Part shown: positions 1 through 10,699 of the stretch, piece after piece
How positions within the stretch are numbered: the stretch's first letter is position 1
How the letters are laid out: every line of letters begins with the position of its first letter
DNA from: Candidatus Falkowbacteria bacterium
GTDB taxonomy: Bacteria; Patescibacteriota; Patescibacteriia; Patescibacteriales; VMTK01
Assembly (NCBI GenBank): GCA_013791585.1
Contig: VMTK01000005.1
Coordinates: forward strand, 18,484 to 82,483
Direction of reading: 5' to 3'
Length of the DNA stretch: 64,000 nucleotides
Notes under the pieces: model-generated
The model's input: the letters and a program-made list of their open reading frames with translations, nothing else
The model's database searches: none
Told to the model about the DNA's origin: nothing
Program-made: the position numbers and the translations under genes

Positions 1-1603
1 GTTTCGGCAAATTTTCTTTCAGAGTATGGACAATCTCTTTCCCCTGCTTAAAGGCGTCGTCTTCGTAAACTATCATCGCCAAGGACTCAATCGGCTCTTC
101 GGCAACCAGAATATCCATTTTCACGACTTTTACTTCGCGATATCCCAAAAATTCATAATTGATTGAAGCGTAGCCGGAACTGACGCTTTTTATTTTGTCG
201 TAAAAATCAGTTAAAATAGAACTCATGGGAATTTCATAATGCAAAATAACTCTGCTTTCATTGATATATTCAGTATTTTTATACGCGCCTCTTTTGTCCT
301 GCGCCAAAGCCATAACAGCTCCCACATAATCCTTGGGCGTAATAACATCAAGAGAAACCCATGGCTCTTCGGTTTTTTCAATCAATTCCCTGTCCGGAAA
401 TTGCTGGGGCGTTCTGACAACAACTTGCTCGCCGTTATTTTTATACACTTTGTAGGCAACACTGGGCACGGTTACTATTAAATCCAAATTATACTCGCGC
501 CTCAAACGCTCTTGGAATATTTCCAAATGCAGTATGCCTAAAAATCCGCATCTGAAGCCGAAACCCAAAGCATGGGAATGTTCATTTTCATAAATCAAAG
601 CGGAATCGTTAAGCTTTAACTTTTTCATGGCATCGCGCAATTCCTGAAATTCATTGCCCTCCCGCGGAAAAATTCCGGCAAAGACCATCGGCTTAACTTC
701 TTTATATCCTTGTAATGGTTTAATTTCTATTCGCGATTGATTCGTTTTAAATTCGCGATTATTCGCGATTGTTACAGTATCGCCTACGCGGCACTCGCCC
801 ACTTCCTTGAAGCCGGTTATAATATAGCCGATTTCTCCTGTTTTTAATTCTCCCGTAGCCTGATAATCCGGCTTGAAAATGCCGACATCCAAGGCCTCGC
901 TGACTGCTTTCGCGGCCAATAATTTAATTTTATCGCCTTTTTTAATTCCTCCGTCAAATACGCGGACGTATGCCACGACCCCCTTGTATTCATCGTAATT
1001 TGAATCAAAAATCAGCGCCCGCAATATTCCTCCCTCTCCTTGCGAAGGAGAGGGCTGGAGCGAGGTCTTTGGCGCGGGCACGCGTTCAATAACCGCCTGC
1101 AATATCTCCGCCACGCCCTTGCCTGTTTTTCCTGAAGCGTAAATTATTTCATTTTCAGAGCATCCTAATAATTTAATTATTTCATTTTTTACTTTTTCCG
1201 GCTCAGCCGCGGCTAAATCTATTTTATTAACCACCGGAATAATCGTTAAATCCTGCTCAATGGCCAAATACAAATTGGCCAGTGTTTGCGCCTGGATTCC
1301 TTGCGCCGCGTCCACTAATAAAACAGCGCCTTCAACAGCCGCCAATGACCGTGAAACTTCATAGCTAAAATCAACATGGCCGGGAGTATCAATCAAATTC
1401 AAAATATAATTTTCATAATTCATTGTTACAGGCTGCAGTTTTATTGTAATCCCGCGTTCACGCTCAATATCCATCCTATCCAATATTTGCTCTTTCATTT
1501 TTCTTTTTTCAATCGTCCCTGTAATTTCCAGCATCCGATCAGCCAAAGTTGACTTGCCATGGTCTATGTGCGCGATAATGCAAAAATTTCTGATGTTTTT
1601 CAT
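1..1603 (-). CDS. lepA: Elongation factor 4 (LepA), 3' end outside the window
   Basis: Not in the ORF track. Manual translation from ATG at 1603 gives MKNIRNFCIIAHIDHGKSTLADRML, then ERERGITIK, DTPGHVDF and GFRCGFLGILHLEIF. Confidence 0.97.
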   Translation of the reverse strand, partial: MKNIRNFCIIAHIDHGKSTLADRMLEITGTIEKRKMKEQILDRMDIERERGITIKLQPVTMNYENYILNLIDTPGHVDFSYEVSRSLAAVEGAVLLVDAAQGIQAQTLANLYLAIEQDLTIIPVVNKIDLAAAEPEKVKNEIIKLLGCSENEIIYASGKTGKGVAEILQAVIERVPAPKTSLQPSPSQGEGGILRALIFDSNYDEYKGVVAYVRVFDGGIKKGDKIKLLAAKAVSEALDVGIFKPDYQATGELKTGEIGYIITGFKEVGECRVGDTVTIANNREFKTNQSRIEIKPLQGYKEVKPMVFAGIFPREGNEFQELRDAMKKLKLNDSALIYENEHSHALGFGFRCGFLGILHLEIFQERLRREYNLDLIVTVPSVAYKVYKNNGEQVVVRTPQQFPDRELIEKTEEPWVSLDVITPKDYVGAVMALAQDKRGAYKNTEYINESRVILHYEIPMSSILTDFYDKIKSVSSGYASINYEFLGYREVKVVKMDILVAEEPIESLAMIVYEDDAFKQGKEIVHTLKENLPK

Positions 1604-1816
1604 AAAATATAAAAAATAAGAACAAGATGATAAATAAGAAAAATAAGTTTGCTAATATTAGGATGGGTTTAAAAACCCATCCTAATTTTAATCTTATTTT
1701 TCTTCTTGTTCTTATTTATCTTATTTCTTTTTTTATCTTACTATCTTTTTTATCTTTGGTCAAACTTAAAATTAATAAACAAAAATCGAAAATCCTAAAT
1801 CTTAAATCGAAAATTA

Positions 1817-3430
1817 TTAGATTCCTCTCGCTTCCCCTTGGTCCCCTGCTTCAACTTTGGCCCAAGGCAAGCGGCGCTTGATTGAATTCCAAAAATTAAA
1901 CAGCTCCTCGCTGCGCAATAAAGAGCAGATTATAACATAAATAATAATGCCGGACAAGCCGGCAACCAGCCCCTGCGTTAGCACGCCCCAAAATTTAGCC
2001 ATATCAACAAAAGGCCAAATTACCAATTTCATGCCCTGCGCGGCAACGCCGCAAGCAACGGCCGCGGCGGAAAATTTTATGGTGGAAGTTAAAATGCGCA
2101 GCTCGTCCATATTGCCTATTTTTACGCGCAAAACAATCCATAGGGCTATAAAATTTATTATGCTTGCTATTGAAAACGCCAATGCCAATCCGGCAACGCC
2201 TAATTTTTCCGCCAGCCATAATGATAAAAATACATTAATTGCCGCTGAAAATAATCCAATATAAAATGGCGTTTTGGAATTATGGCGCGCGTAAAACATG
2301 CGGACAAGCAAAGGTATCGTGGCTTGCGCGAAAAGGGAAAGAGCAAAAAATCCAAGGGTATCTATCGTAAGCATTGTATCGTTCCAGCTGAAATTCCCTG
2401 TTCCGAAAATAACGCGGATAATCTGCGCCCGCAAAGTCAGCAGAAGCACGGTAGATGGAATTATAAAAAATAAAATTTGCCGGAAAGTATTGGAAAAATT
2501 TTTTATCAATTTTTTCTTATCAAAAGACAGGGCTGACAAAGTCGGGAACGCGGCAATGGCAAAAGATATTCCGAAAATTCCAACAGGAAAAGATTGCAGA
2601 TTATTGGCAAAATTAAAAACAGCCAAAGAGCCGGCCGACAATGTAGACGCGACTGCCGTTATTACCAATAAATTAATCTGTGAAATAGCCAAGCTCATTG
2701 TCCGCGGAATCATCATTATTCCGATTTTTTTGGTTTCTTTATTTTTAAAATCAACGCGCAAAATATATTTAAAGCCCAGAGACACTGCGGCAGGAACCTG
2801 AACCATCATATGCATTAAAGCGCCAAGCGCGACGCCCCATGCCAAGCCGTAAACTCCCCACAAAGGAGCAAAATACAAAGCCCCGATAATAATTCCTATG
2901 TTATACATTATCGGCGCCAATGAATAAATAAAAAATCTTTTAAAAGACTGCAAAATTCCGCCCAACACGCTGGAAATCCCCAAAAAAATAGGCGACAAAA
3001 ACATAATTCTGGTTAAGCCGGCGGTCAACGCCTGTTTCTCGGGAGAAAAGCCGGGCGCCACTAATTTCATTAAATAAGGAGCAAACACAGCGCCTATGGC
3101 GGACAAAATAATCAAGCCGATTCCCAGAACATTTAAAATATTGCTTGCCAATTTCCACGCTTCTTTGTTCTGGCCGCGCTCTTTAATGAGTGAAGTGAAA
3201 ATAGGTATAAATCCGGCTGATAAAGCGCCTAAAACCAATAAATTAAAAATTAAATCAGGTATGCGAAAGGCGGCGTAATAAATATCCAGTGTATCCCCAA
3301 GCCCAAACTCTCCGCCAAGAATACGATCGCGAAAAATTCCTAAAAGCCGGCTGATTAAAGAAGAAAGCGCTATTAAGAGCGCCGCAACATTAATGCTGTT
3401 AATTTGTCCGTTTAGCAATTTTTTAATCAT
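1817..3430 (-). CDS. murJ: Lipid II flippase MurJ (MviN)
   Basis: SRLLGIFRD, AAFRIPD, GALSAGFIP, FYARHNSKTP motifs; many TM helices. Confidence 0.93.
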   Translation of the reverse strand: MIKKLLNGQINSINVAALLIALSSLISRLLGIFRDRILGGEFGLGDTLDIYYAAFRIPDLIFNLLVLGALSAGFIPIFTSLIKERGQNKEAWKLASNILNVLGIGLIILSAIGAVFAPYLMKLVAPGFSPEKQALTAGLTRIMFLSPIFLGISSVLGGILQSFKRFFIYSLAPIMYNIGIIIGALYFAPLWGVYGLAWGVALGALMHMMVQVPAAVSLGFKYILRVDFKNKETKKIGIMMIPRTMSLAISQINLLVITAVASTLSAGSLAVFNFANNLQSFPVGIFGISFAIAAFPTLSALSFDKKKLIKNFSNTFRQILFFIIPSTVLLLTLRAQIIRVIFGTGNFSWNDTMLTIDTLGFFALSLFAQATIPLLVRMFYARHNSKTPFYIGLFSAAINVFLSLWLAEKLGVAGLALAFSIASIINFIALWIVLRVKIGNMDELRILTSTIKFSAAAVACGVAAQGMKLVIWPFVDMAKFWGVLTQGLVAGLSGIIIYVIICSLLRSEELFNFWNSIKRRLPWAKVEAGDQGEARGI

Positions 3431-3548
3431 TATTTTTGAAACTTGAAATTAAAAATTTGAAATTAGGAATATTGCCAAATTTCAAATTTCAAGTTTCAAA
3501 TTTCTTATAGCTGTCGCGCCCGCCTTATTGCTAAAGCAGTTGTAATGG

Positions 3549-4598
3549 TCAGCCTGCAAGCTGTCTAGTTTCTCTTGCTATCATCAGCTCTTCATTTGTT
3601 TTAATCGCCAAAACAGGAACATTGCCTAAAAATTTTAATTTGCTCATAACATTGTTGCGCGTTATCGGATCGCCTGATCCGATAGATCCCGTAAAAACAA
3701 CAGCGTCAATATTTCCTTCCAATACCGCCCAGTAAGCGCCGATATATTTTCGCAATCTATAAACAGCCAGGTCAAAAGCCAGCTTGGCCTTCTCGTCGCC
3801 AAAGTTAATCTCTTTAAGTAAATCCTTAAAATTATCCACGCCGCCGGAAACTCCCTTGATGCCTGATTCATAATTTAACAGTTTATAAACATTTTCCAGC
3901 GCGTTTTCGCCATAATTTTCTGCTTGATCTTTTATCAGTTTAATAATAACCCCCGGGTCCAAATCTCCTGCTCTGGTCATCATTACCAGCCCCTCTAACG
4001 GAGTCCAGCCCATTGAAATGTCAATCGGTTTCCCGTTTTTTACGGCCGCTATTGACCAGCCGCCGCCCAAATGGCACGATATTAAATTAATTTTATTTAT
4101 ATCTTTATTAAATTTATGAGCGGCCTCTTGCGCTACAAATTCATGGGAAATTCCATGAAAGCCGTAGCGCTTGATATTTAATCTTTCTGCCAAATCAGTG
4201 GGTAAAGCATAAGTTCTGGCAACATCCGGCAAAGCGGCAAAAAAAGCCGTATCAAAGACAGCAACCTGCGGAACATCGGGAAAATAATCCATCATTTCTT
4301 TAATGCCTGCTGAATTATACGGATTATGCAAAGGCGCCAGCTCATTGTATTTTTCCAGTTTAGCTAATTTTTCATCATCAATTATTTCCGGCTTAATAAA
4401 TTCATCGCCTCCATGCACTACGCGATGGCCGATCGCGCTTATATCGCGCAAATCATTTATTTCTTTTAAAGCGCTTTTTACGGCTTGGCTTAAATCCGTG
4501 AACTCTGAAAATGTATTGCCCTTAATTTCTTTATCGCCATCATCAAACAGCTTATATTTAAAAGAAGTTGAGCCGGAATTTATTACCAAGATAGACAT
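3549..4598 (-). CDS. ackA: Acetate kinase
   Basis: ILVINSGSTSFK, GHRVVHGG, LAPLHNP, RYGFHGISH, TNEELMIA. Confidence 0.95.
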   Translation of the reverse strand: MSILVINSGSTSFKYKLFDDGDKEIKGNTFSEFTDLSQAVKSALKEINDLRDISAIGHRVVHGGDEFIKPEIIDDEKLAKLEKYNELAPLHNPYNSAGIKEMMDYFPDVPQVAVFDTAFFAALPDVARTYALPTDLAERLNIKRYGFHGISHEFVAQEAAHKFNKDINKINLISCHLGGGWSIAAVKNGKPIDISMGWTPLEGLVMMTRAGDLDPGVIIKLIKDQAENYGENALENVYKLLNYESGIKGVSGGVDNFKDLLKEINFGDEKAKLAFDLAVYRLRKYIGAYWAVLEGNIDAVVFTGSIGSGDPITRNNVMSKLKFLGNVPVLAIKTNEELMIARETRQLAG

Positions 4599-4842
4599 AA
4601 AAAAAAATTAAGATTGTAGATTTATAATTTTAGAGTGTAGAACAATGTTTTTAGATGCAATATTTTCTAAAAATGAAGCTATAGAATGCTTTATTTAAGG
4701 CTTAAAATTTCTGAAAGTCATAAAATACCGAGTTAATTTTTATTCTTCTACAGTCTAAATTTAAGATTTAGATATAACAAGAACAACCCATAAATAGCGC
4801 GCCAAAGACAGCAATCTTAAATCTGCAATCTTAAATCTTAAA

Positions 4843-6441
4843 TTAAATAAGGCTTCTTCCCGTCATTTCTTTCGGCTTCGGCAATCCCATGATTTTTAAT
4901 ATGGTCGGCGCTATGTCAGACAATATGCCTTGCGGCTGTATCAAGCTTAAATCCCCTCCCGGAACATCTTGGCTGCCCAATCTGCGGCCTTCAAATTGCT
5001 TGCCCGCCACAATAAACGGCACCGGACTGGCTGTGTGCTCCTTGTCAATCATGCCTGTCTGCATATTAAACATTACTTCAGCATTTCCGTGATCGGCAGT
5101 GACGATAATTACTCCGTCTTTTGCCAAAACGCTCTTTACTGTCTTGCCAAGGCATTTATCCACTGTTTCAATTGCCTTAACCGCTGCCGGAATATTGCCT
5201 GTATGCCCTACCATGTCCGCATTGGCGAAATTAATAAGAATAAAATCGTATAATTCTTCTTCTATCGCTTTAACAACTTTATCCGTAACTTCTATGGCGG
5301 ACATCTCCGGCTTTAAATCATATCTGTCAACATGCGGAGAAGGAACCAGCGCGTGATCCTCGCCCTTGCTTTTTTCCTCGCGGCCCCCGTTAAAAAAATA
5401 AGTTACATGGGCGTATTTTTCAGTTTCCGCTATGCGCATCTGCTTTAAATTTTTGGAAGCCAATATTTCTCCCAAAGTATTGTTTAAAATTTCAGGCGGG
5501 AAAGCTATTGCCGCGGGCAAATTTTTTTCATATTCAGTAAAACAAACAAAACGCAGATCTTTCAAATACTTTTTTCTGCTGAATTTGTCAAAACCGGGCA
5601 AAATAAAAGATTTTGTAATCTCCCTGGCCCTATCCGCCCGGTAATTAAAAAATATCACGCTGTCCGTTGATTCTATCAAAGAAACCGGCTGGCCGTTTTC
5701 CGTAATTACGGTTGGCGCGAATTCTTCGTCGTAAATTTTGTTTTGATAGCTTTTTGTAATTGCGCTTGCAACGTCATCGCTTTTATTTCCAATGCCCTCT
5801 GTCATTGCCAAGTATGCTTTTTCCACCCTATCCCAGCGATTATCTCTGTCCATCGCGTAAAACCTGCCGCAGACAGTGGCTATCCTGCCAGTACCATATT
5901 CCGCCATGCTTCGCTCAAGATCCTTGACAAAATTAATCCCGCTATTATAAGGAGTATCTCTGCCGTCTAAAATAACATGGACAAAAACTTTGCTTACTTT
6001 CTGCTCCTTGGCTAAAACCATCAGCGCCTGAAGATGCTCAAAAGACGCATGCACGCATCCGTTTGATGTTAATCCTATCAAATGCAGCTTGGATTTATTA
6101 TTCTTGGCATGTTCGCAGGCATCTACCAGCGCTTTATTTTTATAAAAACCGCTATCGCTGATAGCTTTGTTGATGCGGGGCAATTCTTGGTAGAGTATTC
6201 TGCCCAAACCCATATTTAAATGGCCTACTTCGCTATTGCCGGCTTCGCCCCATGGCAGCCCGACTGCTTCGCCTGAAGCGCGCAATGTCATGGATGGGTA
6301 TCTGGAAACCAATTCATTAAAAATCGGCGTCTTCGCCAATGTCACGGCATTGCCGCTGTAAGGCGGGGTAATCCCCCATCCGTCCAAAACAACCATAACT
6401 ACCGGTTTAGGACGATTAGATTGTAATTGGCTGTCTATCAT
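4843..6441 (-). CDS. gpmI: 2,3-BPG-independent phosphoglycerate mutase, copy 1
   Basis: LDGWG, GNSEVGH, GRFYAMDRD, AETEKYAHVTYFFNGG, DMVGHTG, TADHGN. Confidence 0.95.
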   Translation of the reverse strand: MIDSQLQSNRPKPVVMVVLDGWGITPPYSGNAVTLAKTPIFNELVSRYPSMTLRASGEAVGLPWGEAGNSEVGHLNMGLGRILYQELPRINKAISDSGFYKNKALVDACEHAKNNKSKLHLIGLTSNGCVHASFEHLQALMVLAKEQKVSKVFVHVILDGRDTPYNSGINFVKDLERSMAEYGTGRIATVCGRFYAMDRDNRWDRVEKAYLAMTEGIGNKSDDVASAITKSYQNKIYDEEFAPTVITENGQPVSLIESTDSVIFFNYRADRAREITKSFILPGFDKFSRKKYLKDLRFVCFTEYEKNLPAAIAFPPEILNNTLGEILASKNLKQMRIAETEKYAHVTYFFNGGREEKSKGEDHALVPSPHVDRYDLKPEMSAIEVTDKVVKAIEEELYDFILINFANADMVGHTGNIPAAVKAIETVDKCLGKTVKSVLAKDGVIIVTADHGNAEVMFNMQTGMIDKEHTASPVPFIVAGKQFEGRRLGSQDVPGGDLSLIQPQGILSDIAPTILKIMGLPKPKEMTGRSLI

Positions 6442-6456
6442 ATCAATTTTTATATT

Positions 6457-8085
6457 TTATTTTATAAGACTTTTCCCCGTCATCTCCCGCGGCTTTTCCC
6501 GGCCTATTAATGCTAATATAGTCGGCGCTATATCGGCTAAAACGCCGCTTTTTTTTAATTTAATTTTATTTTTTAATTTTTTATTAACTATAATAAACGG
6601 CACCGGGCTGGATGAATGCTCCGTGTCTATCTCGCCTGTTTCCAAATTTATCATCTCCTCAATATTGCCATGATCGGCGGTGATCAGAACTGTGCCTTCA
6701 AGCTCTAAATAAGCATTGACAATTCTGCTTAAATGCTTGTCAATATGCCGGCAGCACTCTATCCCCGCCTCAAGATTCCCGGTATGCGCGACCATGTCGG
6801 GAGCGGCAAAATTTAAAACAGTAAAATCATATTTCCAACCTCTCCCCTGTCGCTTCGCTCCCCCCCCTCTCCTGATTAGGATAGGGGGCTGAGGGGTGAA
6901 GTTTTTAATTACCGCGCCAGTCAAGCCGGCTGAATTCATTGCCGGAGTTTCATCGTACGATCTTACATTAGGCGACTCAAGTATTATTCTGGACTCTCCG
7001 GCCACGGGACGCGCGTATCCGCCATTAAAAAAATAAGTGACATGAGAATGCTTTTCCTTTTCCGCTATATACAGCTGCTTTAAATCGCGCAATGCCATGG
7101 GCAAAGTTGCTTTTAGGTCAGCGCTGGGATACGCGGATAAAATACTGTCTAAATCCGGCCCAAAATCAGTCATAGCAGCGAATTTTAAATCCTTTAGGAC
7201 TTTCTGGCGCTTAAAAGCTCCCGGATTAATTTTATTAAAGTCATGCTGGACAAAAGCTTTGGCAAGCTGCCTGGCTCTGTCCGACCTTAGGTTGAAAAAA
7301 ATCACGCTGTCGCCGTCATTTATTCTGGGCAATTGCCTGCCATTGCTTTCTATCACATATGGCTGGATAAACTCATCGTTTTCGCCGCTGTTATAAGCTT
7401 TGGTTATCGCGTCCTGCGGGCTTTTGGCTTTTTTCCCCTTACCCAGTACCAAAGCATTATAAGCCTTTTCCGTGCGCCCCCATTTTTTCTTCCTGTCCAT
7501 GGCGTAAAATCTTCCCATAATCGTCGCTACGCGCTCATTTATTAAATAATCTCTTTGAACCGACTCTATTAATTTAAGAGCGGCGTATTGCGGGGAATCG
7601 CGTCCGTCGGTAAATAAATGCAGATAAACCTTTTTTACGTTATATCCTCTGGCTAATGTTACAAGCGCCAGCAGATGATCAGGATCGCTATGCGCGCTCA
7701 TGCCGTTGGAAAGCATGCCCATTAAATGCAGGGCTGATTTATTTTTCTCCACATGCTTGATGGCTTCAAGAAAAGCCGAGTTTTTAAAAAATGTTCCGTC
7801 ATTTATTGTTTTGCAAATTTTAACCGCGTCTTGCTCAACCACCCGCCCCGCCCCTATGTTAATATGCCCCGCCTCGCTATTCCCATCCTGCGCCGGAGGC
7901 AAGCCAACGCATTTCCCGTAAGCGCAAAGTTTTGCGCTTGGGTAATCCTTTATTATCTTATCTAAATAAGGAGTTTTTGACAATGCAATGGCATTGCCAC
8001 TGCTCGGCTTGGCGATCCCCCAGCCGTCCAAGATGATTAGTATCATTGGGAGATTATTGTTTTGATTTTTTTGTTTTATTGACAT
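6457..8085 (-). CDS. gpmI: 2,3-BPG-independent phosphoglycerate mutase, copy 2, with an in-frame palindromic insertion
   Basis: LDGWG, GNSEAGH, GRFYAMDR, DMVAHTG, TADHGN. Start moved to ATG 8085 because the longer ORF only reads through an octamer repeat. Confidence 0.92.
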   Translation of the reverse strand: MSIKQKNQNNNLPMILIILDGWGIAKPSSGNAIALSKTPYLDKIIKDYPSAKLCAYGKCVGLPPAQDGNSEAGHINIGAGRVVEQDAVKICKTINDGTFFKNSAFLEAIKHVEKNKSALHLMGMLSNGMSAHSDPDHLLALVTLARGYNVKKVYLHLFTDGRDSPQYAALKLIESVQRDYLINERVATIMGRFYAMDRKKKWGRTEKAYNALVLGKGKKAKSPQDAITKAYNSGENDEFIQPYVIESNGRQLPRINDGDSVIFFNLRSDRARQLAKAFVQHDFNKINPGAFKRQKVLKDLKFAAMTDFGPDLDSILSAYPSADLKATLPMALRDLKQLYIAEKEKHSHVTYFFNGGYARPVAGESRIILESPNVRSYDETPAMNSAGLTGAVIKNFTPQPPILIRRGGGAKRQGRGWKYDFTVLNFAAPDMVAHTGNLEAGIECCRHIDKHLSRIVNAYLELEGTVLITADHGNIEEMINLETGEIDTEHSSSPVPFIIVNKKLKNKIKLKKSGVLADIAPTILALIGREKPREMTGKSLIK

Positions 8086-8125
8086 AATAAAATCATAAAC
8101 AGAAACACTAAAACACTTTTGAATT

Positions 8126-9460
8126 TTAATTTGTTTTTGTGTTTTCCGTGTTTTTGTGTTTTTGTGTTTCAACATCTTCAATCTCCATCAACCGATTATA
8201 CTTAGCCAATCTCTCACCGCGCGACAATGATCCCGCCTTGATATAATCAGCGCCGATCGCTACCGCCAAATCAGCTATGAAATCATCGCAAGTCTCGCCG
8301 CTCCTGTGAGACGCCATTACTTTATAATTATGCTTTTGGGCCAATTTAACGCATTCAATTGTTTCAGTCAATGTGCCTATTTGGTTCGGCTTTATTAAAA
8401 TAGCGTTAGCCGCCCTGTCTTTCAGCCCGGCGCGCAAACGGGCAGTATTTGTCGTGAATAAATCATCTCCTATAATCATCATTTCATCCCCCAGCTCCCG
8501 CGTCAGCTCGCTCCATCCCTCCCAATCATCTTCCGCCAATCCGTCTTCAATGGAAATTATGGGATATTTCCTAAACCATTCATAATATAAATTTATTAAA
8601 GTAGCGGAAGTAAAATTCGCGCGGTCTAATTTAAAAATATATTTCTTGGTTTCTTTATTGTAAAGCCCTGAAGAGCCGACATCAATTCCAATGCCGAAAT
8701 CTTTTCCCGGACTATAGCCGGCGTTAACTCCCGCCGCCATAATAAGCTCAATCGCCTGAATGCTGGAAACAATATCCGGCGCGTAGCCGCCTTCGCTGCC
8801 AACATCAGTATCAAAGCCGGCTTTCCTTAAAACCCGCCCCAATTCATGAAATATTTCCGCGCCCATCCTAACCATTTCCGCAAAACTTTTAATTTGAGCT
8901 CCCCTCTCCCGTGAGGCGCGAGCGGGAGAGGGGTTGGGGGTGAGGGGAATTATCATGAATTCTTGAAAATCCAAATTAGTATCCGCATGTTTGCCGCCGT
9001 TAAAAATATTAAAAGATGGAGTTGGCATCGCATAACGCGTAACGCGTAACGCATAACACTTATTTATATATTCATATAATTCTTGGTTTTTAGACATGGC
9101 CGCGGCGCGGGCGCAGGCAAAGGATACGCTTAAAATAGCGTTGGCGCCTAATCTTTTTTTGTTTTTCGTCCCGTCCAGTTTTATCATTGTTTCATCTATC
9201 TTTTCTTGTTCGCTTGCATCAACTCCTTTTAATTCAGGCCCTATTTTTTCTTGAACATTTTTTACCGCTTTCAGCGCTCCCAAGCCGCCGTAGCGCTTAT
9301 TGCCATCGCGCAATTCCAACGCTTCATGAATTCCCGTGGAAGCGCCGGAAGGCGCGCTGGCTTTGGCGATTATGCCATTATCCAGAATAACTTTTGTTTC
9401 AATTGTCGGATTGCCGCGCGAATCCAAAATTTCGCGGGCGGTTATTTGTTTGATTTTCAT
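8126..9460 (-). CDS. eno: Enolase
   Basis: REILDSRGNPT, PSGASTG, NGGKHAD, IKPNQIGT, SHRSGET, ERLAKYNRL. Confidence 0.97.
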   Translation of the reverse strand: MKIKQITAREILDSRGNPTIETKVILDNGIIAKASAPSGASTGIHEALELRDGNKRYGGLGALKAVKNVQEKIGPELKGVDASEQEKIDETMIKLDGTKNKKRLGANAILSVSFACARAAAMSKNQELYEYINKCYALRVTRYAMPTPSFNIFNGGKHADTNLDFQEFMIIPLTPNPSPARASRERGAQIKSFAEMVRMGAEIFHELGRVLRKAGFDTDVGSEGGYAPDIVSSIQAIELIMAAGVNAGYSPGKDFGIGIDVGSSGLYNKETKKYIFKLDRANFTSATLINLYYEWFRKYPIISIEDGLAEDDWEGWSELTRELGDEMMIIGDDLFTTNTARLRAGLKDRAANAILIKPNQIGTLTETIECVKLAQKHNYKVMASHRSGETCDDFIADLAVAIGADYIKAGSLSRGERLAKYNRLMEIEDVETQKHKNTENTKTN

Positions 9461-9537
9461 ATAAAATAAATAAGAACGAGAAGAAAAATAAGGTAAATAA
9501 GAAGCAAGCTGCGTCTTATTTTTATTTTTCTCATTTA

Positions 9538-9611
9538 TCTTTTTATTTCCCGATGTGCGAATCAGGATCCCGAATTCTGCGTTAGCAGAACATCGGGGCT
9601 TATTTTTCTTA
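9538..9611. repeat. Dispersed palindromic element (CCCGATG...CATCGGG), copy 1
   Basis: Inverted copy at 47411-47484 with about 3 mismatches; both copies sit in AAGAAAAAT-type arrays. Confidence 0.85.
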
Positions 9612-10580
9612 AAATATTAATAATTTTCCTTCCCCGGCCGGGTTGTAGCCATTCTTAACTTCATCACCGTCTGAATATCCGTCATTGTCCGTGTCGCTTA
9701 ATTCCGAATTTGTAAAATAAATATTATTCTCATCATAGTCAGAAAGACCGTCATCATCAGAATCTATTAAATTTGAACATTGTTCATCTAAGCAGCTACT
9801 TTTTAACTGCTCATCGCGATTTTTACCCATATCAAATTCTTCATCGCAATCTTCAGGGCAATTGCATTTATTTTCCCATTCTTCACAGATTGAATTTCCA
9901 CACTCAGAACATACTGTTCCAACATCAAATAAATTGTAACATTCTCCATCTTTGTAATCCTTGACAGGAATTTTTAACAACCCCTCACAACAACTGTTAG
10001 ATCCAATATAGATTCCATGACTATATTTATCCGCGCTTTCTCCTGCAGAAATACAAGATTTTTCATTATCATGCTCAGCAAACTCGCATTTATTATCCTC
10101 GCAAACCGCTTTTCCTTCTTGGCAAGCATACAGAGTAATGCAAGCTCTATTGCCGCAATTTTCATTTAAATTTTTCTCCCACTCATCAAGATAAAGCAGG
10201 TTAATCGCGGTCTGCGTTCCGCCGGAATTGCAGCTGCAGCAGTCTTCCCGCGTTTCAGCGCAGTCTGAATTATTCAAACATTTTTTCCATTCATCAAACA
10301 AAGCTATTTTTTTCTGACTATTTCTTTTTTCAGGAATGCCGGCGATATTCTCCTGTAACTTTCCCGTGATGCTGATTATGTCCTCTAAAATATATTGGCT
10401 CGCGTACATTGCGATCATAGCCGCTAAAAAACTGGCGGAAATTCCAACAACTAAATATATTCTGCCTCGCCGCCTGCCGTCTTTTTCCAGCTTATTTACT
10501 CTTTCGTTTAAGACATTGCCTTCATTGCTCGGCTGCTCAATAATTTGTTGATTATGATTTTTTTTAAAGATGTTGAACAT
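9609..10580 (-). CDS. Cys-rich membrane-anchored protein with C-terminal DxDxDG (thrombospondin type 3-like) repeats
   Basis: One TM segment, many Cys, DSDDDGLSD...DTDNDGYSDGDEV..GYNP. Confidence 0.75.
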   Translation of the reverse strand: MFNIFKKNHNQQIIEQPSNEGNVLNERVNKLEKDGRRRGRIYLVVGISASFLAAMIAMYASQYILEDIISITGKLQENIAGIPEKRNSQKKIALFDEWKKCLNNSDCAETREDCCSCNSGGTQTAINLLYLDEWEKNLNENCGNRACITLYACQEGKAVCEDNKCEFAEHDNEKSCISAGESADKYSHGIYIGSNSCCEGLLKIPVKDYKDGECYNLFDVGTVCSECGNSICEEWENKCNCPEDCDEEFDMGKNRDEQLKSSCLDEQCSNLIDSDDDGLSDYDENNIYFTNSELSDTDNDGYSDGDEVKNGYNPAGEGKLLIF

Positions 10581-10699
10581 ATTGTTATAAAAAAAATAAA
10601 ATTTTTGCCTATAATTTCTTATTTTTATTATTTTATTATTTTATTATTTTTATTATTTTATTATTTTTATTATTTTATTATTTTTATTATTTTATTATT

